Origin: Neophaeotheca triangularis
Lineage: Eukaryota
Assembly: GCA_054600435.1 (NCBI GenBank)
Contig: BAAIJX010000005.1
Span: 682,001 to 746,000, forward strand
Direction: 5' to 3'
DNA length: 64,000 nucleotides
A program made the position numbers and the translations under genes. The notes below the pieces were generated by a model. The model saw nothing but the letters and a program-made list of their open reading frames with translations, was not told where the DNA came from and did no database searches. Numbering within the stretch: the stretch's first letter is position 1; each line of letters begins with the position of its first letter. Positions 10,667 to 21,459 of the stretch are shown piece after piece.

Positions 10667-13600
10667 ATGTTCGAAAAAGACATCTACCAACTAATCCGCG
10701 GCCTGCGCGCCAACAAAGGCCGCGAGCGCGAATACATCCAAGAATGCCTGCGCGAATGCCGCAAAGAAGTCAAGAGCCAGGACATGGACCTCAAAGCCAC
10801 GGCGCTGCTCAAGCTCGTCTACCTGGAAATGTTCGGCCACGACATGTCCTGGGCTTCGTTCAACGTGCTCGAGGTCATGAGTTCGCAAAAGTACTTGCAG
10901 AAGCGCGTGGGCTACTTGGCCGCCGTGCAGAGCTTCCGCCCGGATACCGAGGTCTTGATGCTGGCGGAGAATCTGCTCAAGAAGGATCTGGCCGGTGCGG
11001 ATAAGGCGACTATCGGCTTGCCGTTGGGGACTATCCCGCATGTTGTTAGCCCTTCGATGGCTAATTCGCTGCTCACGGATCTGGTGCCGAGGCTGTCGCA
11101 TTCGAGTCCTGCGATTAGGAAGAAGACAATTGTCACGCTGTACAGGTTGGCGGTCGTCTACCCTGAAACGCTGAGACCGGCGTGGCCGAAGATCAAGGAG
11201 CGTTTGCTGGATGAGAATGAGGACTCGAGCGTCACGGCCGCGATTGTGAATGTGGTTTGCGAGCTCGGTTGGCGGAGACCGCAGGATTTCTTACCGCTCG
11301 CGCCGCGGTTGTTCGAGCTCCTGACAGAGGGCGGTAATAATTGGATGGCTATAAAGATTATCAAGCTGTTTTCGACCCTGACGCCGCTGGAGCCGCGGCT
11401 GGTGAAGAAGCTGCTGCCACCTTTGACGTCGATTATCAAGACCACGCCTGCCATGAGTTTGCTTTATGAGTGTATCAATGGTATCATTCAGGGAGGTATC
11501 ATGGAGGCTGCTGAAGACACGCAAGAGGGCGAGGACATCGCTCGTTTATGTGTGAGTAAGCTACGGGCTATGCTGGTGATGGAAGGGGACCCAAACCTCC
11601 GTTATGTTGCTCTGTTGGCGTTTGCGAAGCTCACGTCTGGGCATGCGTATCTGGTCGAGCAGCATCAAGACGTCATCTTGGAATGCATAGACGATGCGGA
11701 TATATCGATACGGACGCGAGCGCTCGATCTTGTAGTGGGCATGGTCAATTCGAACAACTTGCAGACCGTGGTGGAGCGTCTGCTCAGGCAGTTGCGGAAC
11801 GCGGGTGTTGCATCTGTTACCGAAGATCCGGACAACGACAGAGGCGCTCATGAAGGCGTTGAGCCCAGGGGTGACGATGAAGAGGTGGAGATGGCGGCTT
11901 CGTTGCGGCGGCGAGAGCAGGTCTCAAATCAGCCTCCGCCTTTACCCGAAGACTACCGGGCGTCCGTGATAGAGCGCATTCTAGAGATGTGTTCGAGAGA
12001 CACTTACGCCAACATGAGCGACTTTGAGTGGTATATCGGTATCTTGGTTGACTTGGTCAAGCAATGCCCAGCCTCGCCAGCAGCGGGTCGGACGATTTCC
12101 GACTCCATTGGCGCGGAACTGCTCAACGTTGCTGTCAGAGTGAAGGCTGTCAGACCAGATGCTGCAGCTGCTAGTCAGTCCCTGCTACTGTCTGATCAAA
12201 GTGGTAGCCAAGGGGTGCTCGCATCAGCAGCGTTTGTCGCCGGCGAATACGCCAACATGCTTCCCGACCCTGAAGCTGTTCTGACTGCACTCCTACATTC
12301 TTCAAGCGCGCAGCTACCGGCTAACGTTCTCACGAACTACCTGCAAGCTATACCAAAGGTGCTTTCTGCCCTGACTAGCTCTCAGCATGTTTCTTGGACT
12401 CCTCAGCGGCAGTCCTGGATAGTTCTTCTGATTGCTAGAGTCACGCATTTTTTGGAGCCGTTGACGTTGCATCCCGCATTAGAAGTACAAGAGCGAGCAG
12501 TGGAATACCTCGATCTGATGCGTCTGGCATCGGAGGCTTCGTCTAATCAGCATACGGAACCAGAGGATGGCGATTATACCGAACCGCCTCTTCTCTTGAC
12601 TCAAGCTATCCCTTCGCTTTTCACCGGCATGGAACTGAATCCCGTCTCCGCTGCAGCTCTACGCAAAGTGCCACCACCAGAGGACCTAGATCTGGACGCC
12701 ACCATCAACAGCGGTCTACAGATGCTCCTCTCGCAAGCAGACTACGATACCGACTTGGAGGACGGTGAAGGCGAAGTCCAGCGATTCTACTACGAGAAGC
12801 CATCAACAGCTATACCAAACTCCCGTCAGACCGCAGCAGCAGACCTCTTAGATACCTCATCCGCGAGCCGAGGCACCTCGTACCAAGACAGCGAAACGCA
12901 AAGCCTAGACCCGGAACAACTAGAGCGCAAAAAACTGGCGCGGCGCGAGCGCCAAAAAGACGATCCCTACTACATCGACCCAGAGCGAGCCTCGGGAGCA
13001 TCAACACCCCTCCACAACATCCTCCGCAGTAGCAACGGCGAAGAACTCGACGTTGACTCCATTCCAGTCATGGAACTGAAACTCGACAACCGCGAAGCCC
13101 GCCCCGAAAGCCACCAATCACGCACCAAACCTCAGCCGTCGCAAAAGCCCAAACGGCACTTCGAAATCGCCAGCGACGAAACCCTCGGCGGCGACGACGA
13201 CGACCACTCCATCCCATCCACCACCAACCCCAACAATGCCGCCGCTTTTACCCTCTCGTCTTCGACCAGCAAACCACCCCTTATAACCCGCGCCAAAAAA
13301 TCCCTCCTCGAAGTCGACAGCAGCGGCCTCTCCAGCCTCTCGCTCTCGGAAAACACCACTGGCGGCAGCGGCAGCAAGTTCGAAATCGAGCGTCGTCAAG
13401 CCGAGGAAGAGGAAATGGCCAAAGCCATGAAAGAAGTCGAGCGTTTGCGCTTGGAAATGCAGCGGGCGCAGGAGAGGGTCGGGGTTGCGGATGCGTTGCC
13501 GGAGGAGGGCACGGTTGTCCAGAGGAAGAAGAAGAAGAAGGCTAGAGGGGTGGAGTTGGAGGGGAATGGTGATGAGGGGGTGGAGGAGGGAGAGGAAGCG

Positions 13601-13774
13601 GGTGTGAGGAAGAAGAAGAAGAAGAAGAAGCGGAGGGAAGGGATGGCTGCTGCTACTGCAGAGGGGATGGAGGGTGAGCAGGCTGAGGAGCCCGTCGGTG
13701 AGAGTGTTAAGGTGAGGAAGAAGAAGAAGCGGCAGGTTACTTTTGATGGCGATGGTGATGGTGATGGGGTGTAG
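10667..13774 (+). CDS. APL5: AP-3 adaptor complex subunit delta (1035 aa)
   Basis: Adaptin N-terminus MFEKDIYQLIRGLR...KATALLKLVYLEMFGHDMSWASFNVLEVMSS...KRVGYLAAVQSF, plus NNWMAIKIIKLF, DPNLRYVALL and EVQERA, and a Lys-rich C-terminal tail. Confidence 0.95.
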   Translation: MFEKDIYQLIRGLRANKGREREYIQECLRECRKEVKSQDMDLKATALLKLVYLEMFGHDMSWASFNVLEVMSSQKYLQKRVGYLAAVQSFRPDTEVLMLAENLLKKDLAGADKATIGLPLGTIPHVVSPSMANSLLTDLVPRLSHSSPAIRKKTIVTLYRLAVVYPETLRPAWPKIKERLLDENEDSSVTAAIVNVVCELGWRRPQDFLPLAPRLFELLTEGGNNWMAIKIIKLFSTLTPLEPRLVKKLLPPLTSIIKTTPAMSLLYECINGIIQGGIMEAAEDTQEGEDIARLCVSKLRAMLVMEGDPNLRYVALLAFAKLTSGHAYLVEQHQDVILECIDDADISIRTRALDLVVGMVNSNNLQTVVERLLRQLRNAGVASVTEDPDNDRGAHEGVEPRGDDEEVEMAASLRRREQVSNQPPPLPEDYRASVIERILEMCSRDTYANMSDFEWYIGILVDLVKQCPASPAAGRTISDSIGAELLNVAVRVKAVRPDAAAASQSLLLSDQSGSQGVLASAAFVAGEYANMLPDPEAVLTALLHSSSAQLPANVLTNYLQAIPKVLSALTSSQHVSWTPQRQSWIVLLIARVTHFLEPLTLHPALEVQERAVEYLDLMRLASEASSNQHTEPEDGDYTEPPLLLTQAIPSLFTGMELNPVSAAALRKVPPPEDLDLDATINSGLQMLLSQADYDTDLEDGEGEVQRFYYEKPSTAIPNSRQTAAADLLDTSSASRGTSYQDSETQSLDPEQLERKKLARRERQKDDPYYIDPERASGASTPLHNILRSSNGEELDVDSIPVMELKLDNREARPESHQSRTKPQPSQKPKRHFEIASDETLGGDDDDHSIPSTTNPNNAAAFTLSSSTSKPPLITRAKKSLLEVDSSGLSSLSLSENTTGGSGSKFEIERRQAEEEEMAKAMKEVERLRLEMQRAQERVGVADALPEEGTVVQRKKKKKARGVELEGNGDEGVEEGEEAGVRKKKKKKKRREGMAAATAEGMEGEQAEEPVGESVKVRKKKKRQVTFDGDGDGDGV

Positions 13775-14847
13775 TTTTGGTTAGTAGTAGTCGTAGTAGT
13801 TCGAATACCTTACCTCACCTTACCTCATCTCATCTTACCTCATCTCATCTCACCTTCCCTTACTGACTGTCCAGCCATACTGTGCCTCTCAAGCCACCGC
13901 AAGGAGTAAAGTCGCCCCGAAACCCCAACCGCCATTTCCAATGCGAGGCGAGAAGAAGCCCCAAAGCCGTTCCCGTTTACGCTTGAAACCCCCCCCAAAA
14001 AAACCCCCCGTCCTTTCCCAACGGCTCCTACCAAAAACTTACACAACCACCAGAACCGACCCGAACGCTCCACCAGGCGAGCTGAGGTCCAAAAAGCCCC
14101 GAAATCCCCGCCGACTCCCCGAGACGTTGGCACGCTCTGGCAGACCACACCACACGCTCCAAAGCACCGGGATCTCCGCCGAGTCCAAGCCGAAGCACCC
14201 TAGCCAAGGGAGGGGATAACGGACCAGGCGAAAAGGGAAGCGGGGGGGAGGGGGGTCGGAAGTCAATAGGCATGGCATGCACCAACCTGCCACGAGCAGG
14301 GTCAGGGACGGGGCCGACGGGGCTAGAGGATGATGAGGGGAAGCGAGGAGATATTTCTTCAAATCTAGGAGGAGAAGTTGCTCACCTTCGACAGGGGAGG
14401 AGATTGTTTCCTGGCCTGGTTCGAGAGGCATGGCTCGCAGTGGGTCGTGGGTCGGGATCCAAACTTTGGTTTTGAGAGGCATCGACGGGGTTTAGTGGGG
14501 TGGAGGGAAGTAAAGCAGAAGCGAAAAAACAAAGAAGAAGAAAAAAAGGGGAAGGGACGGAAAGGGGTGCTTGTAAGCTAGCTCGCCCGATGTATCTCTC
14601 TCTCTCTCCTGTTTTATCACTCTCCAAATTCGGCTCCTTGTTGGTATCCAACTCATCATCAAATGCTATCGTTAGTTCGTGCCAATGCGCCTTGCCTCGC
14701 TGCCAAACTGAAATCCCGCAAAATTATGTCACGTCACGTCACATACCACCATATCACATCCCATCTCATCACATCACATCCCATGCCTCCAAGCATTCAA
14801 AACCCCCATGCTCTCTCCCTTCCCTCAACCCTCCCGTCTTCTCGTCA

Positions 14848-16102
14848 CTACTTCAGAACAGCAAAAGCGCCCCTCCCCGCCGTAGCAGTGTCAGGAGGGC
14901 TTCTCGGACTCATGGGCAACGCGAACAAATCATCTTCCCTATCCTCCTCGCCCCTGGAAGTAGCCATGAGCCCGGCGTTGCCATCGCCATTGCCATACAC
15001 AGCCCCAATCCCATTCCCAGCACTAGCCGCAGCAGCAGCTAAAGAAGCATCCAGCGACCCCATACCCTGCCCCCTTCCAACCTGACCCTGACCCTGACCC
15101 TGCTGCTGCTGCTGCCGCGCACCCCCAACCCCAGGCTGTTTCGCTCGCCCCATCGGCGCCGCGCCCTTGATAGCAGCAAAAGACCCAAAAGAGCCCACAG
15201 CCACGTCCGAAGTCTCGGGGCTAAGAGGGTTCTGATACGAGCCCTTGGGCGGACCACGGGGTTCGGAGCTCGAACCCGAGCCCGAAAGCACCAAAGGCAT
15301 AGTGGTGGTGGTGGTGCTCAGACCCAGACCCCTGAGTTTCTCCGACAGTCTGCCGCCGCCCGGCGTGCGAGGACTGACGGGGCTGGTGGAATCGGCGGGC
15401 GCGAGTTGTGCTTGTTGCTGTTGTCGGGCTTGGACGCCGAAATTGTCTTCGATCCAGCTCTTTTCCGCCGTCGCCATTTCCAATCCTATACCTTCGGCGT
15501 TGTGCTTGAGCTCGTGGGCGATTTCCGCTGAGAGCACTTGGAGTCGTTTCTTCGCCCATATGGTGTGTAAGACGCCCTTCTTGCCTGCCTGGCGAGCTGT
15601 GGCGCCTAGCTCTGGCGAGAAGATTGCCGGGAGCGGGTTCGTTTTCCAGGTGATGGTGGGGCCTTTCTGGAGGGTTATGGCTGTGGGGACTGGGACGCCG
15701 GCGCCGAGCAGGAAGTATAGTCGGTTCACGGGCTCTTCTTCGGGGGTGAGGGGTAGGTCTTCGCGGGCGGGGAGGACGGTGCGTTTGCCGGCCCAGCTGA
15801 TTTCCCAGTCCCCGCTAACCTCTCGCGAGGTCGCATCTTCGGTCCATTCGACTAGGAGGACTTTTGTGCCGTCCTTGTGTTGTTGTTGGTGCGGGGGGTT
15901 TTGTGACTGACTGTGATTGTGATTGTGGTTGTGTTTGTTGCTGCCCTGCTGGCACCCATGCGTTTGAGATTTCGTATCGGGCGAGCGCGCTCTTGTTCGA
16001 GAGACTCGGGCTCTCTACATCGTCTTTGGTGTCTCGAACGGCGTGGGCGGAGGCATCAAAGGACGTGTCGACTGGGTCGAAAGTGGGGCGCGCGGCTGTC
16101 AT
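14848..16102 (-). CDS. Conserved-looking fungal hypothetical protein with a frame discontinuity near 15907-15955
   Basis: The 5' frame from ATG 16102 (...SALARYE...) and a second frame (KDGTKVLLVEW...GDWEISWAGKRTVLPA...RLYFLL...NPLPAIFSPELGATARQAGKKGVLHTIWAKKRLQVL) read as one protein. The second frame has no ATG of its own upstream of this block. The join needs a 49-nt weak-consensus intron or an indel. Confidence 0.7.
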
Positions 16103-16466
16103 GGCTTGACTCGATATCGCCAGTAAGGGGTGGTTTGGAATTATGATTGCGAAGCTCTAGATGTAGATCCAGCACTCGCACTCAAACTCGCACTCGAGGC
16201 AAAGTGGCTGCTTGGTCTCCTTCAGAGGTTTGGTGATAGAAGCGAGTGGCGCCGAACTCTAGTCACCCACAACAGCCGTGTTGGCTCGTAGCAGACGCAA
16301 AGGAGAGGTGAAGGGAAGATGAGGACCAAAAGCCAGTGCAAAGCGTCGATCTTGACGGGAAAGAAAGAGAAGGAGGCGCAAGAGCAAGCTCTAGAACTTA
16401 CAGCTTGGATGAGGCTCCGGCCGACTGAGACTGCGTAAGGTAGGGAGAGAGAATTGGCGAGAATTG

Positions 16467-16495
16467 GGTAAGGTAAGGTAAGGTAAGGTAAGGTA
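16467..16495. repeat. (GGTAA)n pentamer microsatellite
   Basis: ggtaa x5 plus ggta. Confidence 0.85.
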
Positions 16496-17216
16496 TTTTC
16501 CTTTTTCCCGGCCAACAGGAAACATCCATGGACATTGATGGACTATTTGCTGCAGGGCTGCAGATGGTAAACCTCGATTATTCTGCTCGTTAGCTGCAGA
16601 AGAAGAATGTTAATGACAATCGCCTCGTCTAGGTCGTCGTTTAATTTAGACTGCCGTGTTCATTATTATTTTTACTCGGCAAAGGGAAAAGGAAATTTAG
16701 AGTAGTGGTGAGAGCGAGGTGCATACAGTAGTTAGTAGTAGGTAACGTGTATGTGGGTAATTATTGATTAATAAAACTTGTGAGATTTGACATTTTCGGG
16801 TGGGGTCGAGCCGGCAGATTTGCCTGATTCAGGTCGCCCGACCAAGATTCCATTCGACGATTCCGATATGTCTACAGTCTACTCTTCTAGACCCGTCGTT
16901 TCGGCGTGAAGGTGGTACCTGTGAATATGGCGACAGTACACACGGGCGGGGTTCGGTGGAATGTGAGGGAAAACAGGATTTCGGAATGGAAGACGATTAA
17001 TAGAAAAATGTCCATTGGCATGGCTATTTGACTCAAGCACGCGCTCATTTTATCTCTCATCTCGTTCTTTCAAATTCAGGCGGAATACATAGGCCAGCTA
17101 GGCTAGTAGCAGGGTATACATTTGAGTGTTGGAGAACAAGCCCCCGTCGCCGTAAATGGCCAGCAAGGTGTCCTATCCAACAACTCCCATCCTCAAAATC
17201 CACTTTGATACAATCA

Positions 17217-19152
17217 TCAGTCGACCCCAACGGAGCTCCGACGTCTCTCCTGCTCTTCCGGACTGTCGTCGTTGGTAGGTGGGCCGGCGTAGTGCTTTCG
17301 GCCGCGGATGAAGTAGTAGGCGGCGGAGATGAAGACGCCGCCGACGAAGACGACCGAGGCGTAGTTCATGGATTCCGTGTCGACTGGGAGAGCCGAAGGC
17401 ATGGAGAAGAGTGGGATTGCGAGGAGGCACCATGCTGCGAGTGACAGAGGTTAATTTCACCCACAACTTGAAGCTTGGAAGAATATTGAAGAGTGACACT
17501 CACCTATGGAGACAATGTTGCAGGCCACGCCGAGAGGACCGAGGTTCCAGGCTCCCATTTTCAGGTGCTTGCGGCCTGTGAAGAAGGACACGGCGATCGG
17601 AATGACATAGCTGAGCGTCAGGAAAATGACACCGGAGCCGTTGAAGGCGTTGAAAGCAGCCGTGGAGCCAAAATAGATGAGGCCCAGAGCGAGCTGAACG
17701 ACCATGCTCAACATCATCGCGTTGAAGGGCATGTCGAGCTTGTTGTTGACCTTGCGCCACAACTTGGAGCCTGGGATTGCGCCATCGCGTGAGAAGGCCC
17801 AGACACAGCGAGAGGCTGCCGTGGTGCAGCCGGTGCCGCAGAGGATGCCGAGGATGATGATGGGCAGGCAGAGGGCGAAAGCGCCGCCTTCGTTGCCAAT
17901 CGCGGAGCGCAGGATGAACGGAAGTGGTTGGCCGACCGGGTCGTTGATGACGGAGCTCAGTTCTGGCATGACGAAGACCAAGGGAATCAAGAAGATTGCT
18001 CCTGCGAGTGCGTTGAGCCCAAGCGCACCCACCATGGCTTTTGGCACTTGAGTGGAGGGCTTCTGTACTTCCTCGCACATTCTGTGGGAGTGAGTGTCAG
18101 AGACAGGACATTTCTGAAAATCGCTGGATTTAGGGACGGCAACTCACGAGAGAATCATGCCAGTGGCCGAAGTAGCGTATGCGGCATGCAGCAGACCAAC
18201 ACAAAATGCCCAGCCTGGCGTCCAACCGGAATTGGGCTCGAAGTCGGTGAAGACATACTCTGCACTGCGTCTGCCTTCACTCGCAATGGCGAGAGCACAG
18301 CAAATGATAGCAATGACACCACCAAAGGTCCAGTAAATGGCAATTGTCTACAATCAAAAAGTTTAGCTAGCCGTCAATTACAAGACGAGGGGGGGAGAGG
18401 AAGGGGTGGTTTAGAGAGTGTCTGGTGCTTTGGCGGGCAATACGTAGTTCACTTGCCGTCTCCAGTGAGCAACCACTCGAGGGAACACCTACATCCAAGA
18501 TTGGCAGCCACTTGTTGGCCAGAGAAGAGATGGCGTTGCACAGCAAAGTGATGGCAAGAAAGACCAAGTAAACATGGTAAGTCTCGTAAGCCCAAATGCC
18601 CTCGCCCGCATCATTTGTAAAGACATTGATACAGCCCAGGAAGAACAGCGTAGTGCCGAAGTTGACCGACAGCGTGATGATGATGTTGCCGAGCGTGTAG
18701 GACCAACCACAGATCCATGCCAGGATGCGTTGCGAGGACTTGGGCGAGAGCATAAAGGTCTGGTAGTACACACCGCCGGCGGTCGGGTAGACGGAGGTGA
18801 TTTCACCGAGCGAGATGGCGACGCACAGGATGATGGTGCACACACCGAGCCAGCCCCAGATGATGGTCACGGGACCTCCTCCAGTCAAGGGGTAGATGAG
18901 CGTCGTGGCGAGACCGTAGGGCACCGAAGCGAGCACAAAGGACATGAAGGCGACCTGCCATGTTGTGCGCGAGCGGACCAGCTCTGACTGGTAGCCCAGA
19001 ACGTTGAGGAGGTCATCAGCAGAGTCGCCCTCTTCGCTTGGTGGCAGACCGGATTCGTTTTTGCTGTGCTTCTTGGTCGAGTCGCGGCGCGCGCGCATCT
19101 GATCCAGGCCGGCGGACCCCCGGGAGTCCCGGGTTGCAGCGAAGTCAGACAT
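17217..19152 (-). CDS. APC-superfamily amino acid/GABA/choline permease (UGA4/HNM1-like); exons 19152-18493, 18347-18148, 18081-17504, 17434-17217
   Basis: Motifs LGYQSELVR, GGGPVTIIWGW, SLGEITSVYPTAGGVY, MCEEVQKPSTQVPKAM, AASRCVWAFSRDGAIPGS and SMNYASVVF, with many hydrophobic segments. Three GT-AG introns (18348-18492, 18082-18147, 17435-17503) restore one frame. Confidence 0.9.
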
Positions 19153-19275
19153 GCAATGGAGTAGTTTCGGGTGTGTCGCTTTGGCGTTGGTAGGGTCCAG
19201 AAATATGTCGCTATGGCTGGACAAACAAGCTTGTCAAATTGGGTAGGAATGGGAAGTAGTCGCTGTGGGCAGAAA

Positions 19276-19307
<32 letters not shown>

Positions 19308-19310
19308 TCG
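19276..19310. repeat. (TGTCGC)n hexamer microsatellite upstream of the permease start
   Basis: About 5.8 perfect units. Confidence 0.85.
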
Positions 19311-19826
19311 AGGTGGCTGTCCAGAAGTGAGGTCGAGAGCGGGGTGAGGATTTTGGGCGGCTGAGGTCGCTTGGGGGAGGGGTCGGCAATGCTTGTTTCA
19401 AAGGTCGCGCATCAGATCACTAGGGACAGAGGAATGATAGGAAGCTAGGCGATGTAGAGAGAGAGAGATTGAGAGAGCACTCTGAATGATGTCGTAGTCG
19501 GAAGAAGCACAAGTGAATAGATAAGGTAGTAGGTAGGTATGCCCTGTTGGTTGTAAGAGCTAAGCAATCATGCAGCTCCAGCCCCGCGGTAAGGATAGTT
19601 GACAGCGGTGGCAGTATCTCTTTCCGTAGATATGGCGTTGGGTGGTGGAAGTCTGCAGGGTTTGGAAAAGGAAAGGTCGAAGGGTACAAAAAAGCCACGA
19701 GGGCGTCGAGGAGAGGTGGTGTAAGTAAGTAAGTAGTAGTAAGTAAGTCTGTGTGTATGTAGTAGGCTAGTAGACTAGTAGACTAGTGAGATTCAGATGG
19801 AAGGCCGCAGATAAGCAGAGGGCGGA

Positions 19827-19852
<26 letters not shown>
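19827..19852. repeat. (AG)n microsatellite
   Basis: Directly visible AG run. Confidence 0.9.
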
Positions 19853-19862
<10 letters not shown>

Positions 19863-21459
19863 GAGGTACAAGGGTCAGGCTGGTCACTGGTCACTGCCAC
19901 ACTTACTACTACTGGTCAGGCTCCGTCAGCTCAGACTCTGCGGGATGATGAAAAAACTCGGAGAATGCTCCATCGCCTAGCTCAGCCTCCATATGATGCA
20001 TGCTCAGTGGTGACCTGCTCAGACTACTGCCCAGTCCGCCCTCCCCTCCCCCACTACTAGATACTATAGTACTGGCCACTACTTACAGTCTACGCGACCG
20101 ACGACAAGGCTTTATTAACAACCGTAAAAAGTCAAGCTTTGAGGGTGGTGGATGAATACTAAACCATCATGTCCCTAGTGTCTCTCTCTCCCCTCCTCTT
20201 AGCCCCTCCCAGGGACCAAGACTCCCTTTTACTACTACTACTCTACTAGTACCGAATACTGGCGCAACACCCGATGTCCATTTCATTCCGCCTCGCTTCC
20301 AGAACAAACAAACCGACAGACGCATGTCACCCTCACATGCACCTCGCCTTTGATCCGCCACACTCCGCAGCCATACCCGACCTTACCTAGATAGCTACTA
20401 GCCGTAACAAGCCCAAAAGCCGCGGCAAAACGCTGCCCTTTGACTTTTCACCCAGGCCATCTTCCCTCGCCGTCGACAAATACAACGAAGAGAGGCCGAA
20501 TTCGTTGACAACTTCCACAGTCCGGAAAGCTGGTGGTGTTTCCCGTCGCCCGTGTATCCAGTATGATGAAATACCCTACTCCATAGTGGGAACGAAAGAG
20601 GACCCTGACATTGCCGTCGTTACCCGATCAGAGACTTTCCATTAGGTCGTTCGACGTCGTGGGTCCAGATTGTCAAGTTTTGCACGTGTTTTAATGGGGC
20701 TCTCAGCTCTGGACTCACGTGCTTTCGCTGACCCTCAGCAAGTGCTAATTCAAATCGAACGCTACCTACCTGGTACCTACTAGGAACCTTACAGCTTCCA
20801 TTGGGATTGGCCGGCCGAGAGCGTGTCTGACAGATCTCGCTCGTGCTAACCGAAACCGAGCACATGTGGCGGACGTCACACATACTTATGCAAGCATAAC
20901 GACGGGATTTGAAGCTAGTACCTACCTTATACCTTACCGCATGCCTTGCCCGGGGCGTTGACAGTAACACGCAATCATCAACGGAAACCCGGCAAAGACG
21001 ACAACAAACACGCGCTGACGATATTCTTGAAAATGCAATGGGTTGCAGCAACTATCTACAAATCCCCGGCCCCTTGCCCTCCAATTCGAAACCCGCTTTC
21101 CACCCGTGCGCACTGGCCTGAGAGCTGCACTAGATCAAGGCCTTACCCAAATCCCATGTCGTCCCTTCACTCCATCGTATCGTCGTCATAGCCCATAAGA
21201 AGAGAAGAGAAGAGAAGAAGAGTGCAAAAGGCTGGGTATATAGATGTGAGAGAACTGTGTAGTAGGACCGGAAAAGAAGCAAGGAGCACCAAAAAAAGAA
21301 AAACCGGCCGCGGAGCTGGCCGTAACGCCGTCGCTATGCGTTCGCGAGAATATAGTGTCTGGAAGTTGTAGCAACTCGGTGAAAATGTAGCCTGGTGAAG
21401 TCGGGCCGCGCGAGAAAAAAAAAGGTAGAAAGAACTCGGCAAGAGTCGGTAGATGTCGT

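Noticed and set aside
19276..19310. Same GTCGCT hexamer as the Thr-Ala tracts of the giant gene
   Set aside because: A simple microsatellite with no flanking similarity; independent origin is more likely.
20563..20618. ATGATGA...CTGA resembling a box C/D snoRNA
   Set aside because: Short, weak terminal stem and no rRNA-complementary guide that I can recognise. Similar pairs at 58435-58631 were rejected for the same reason.
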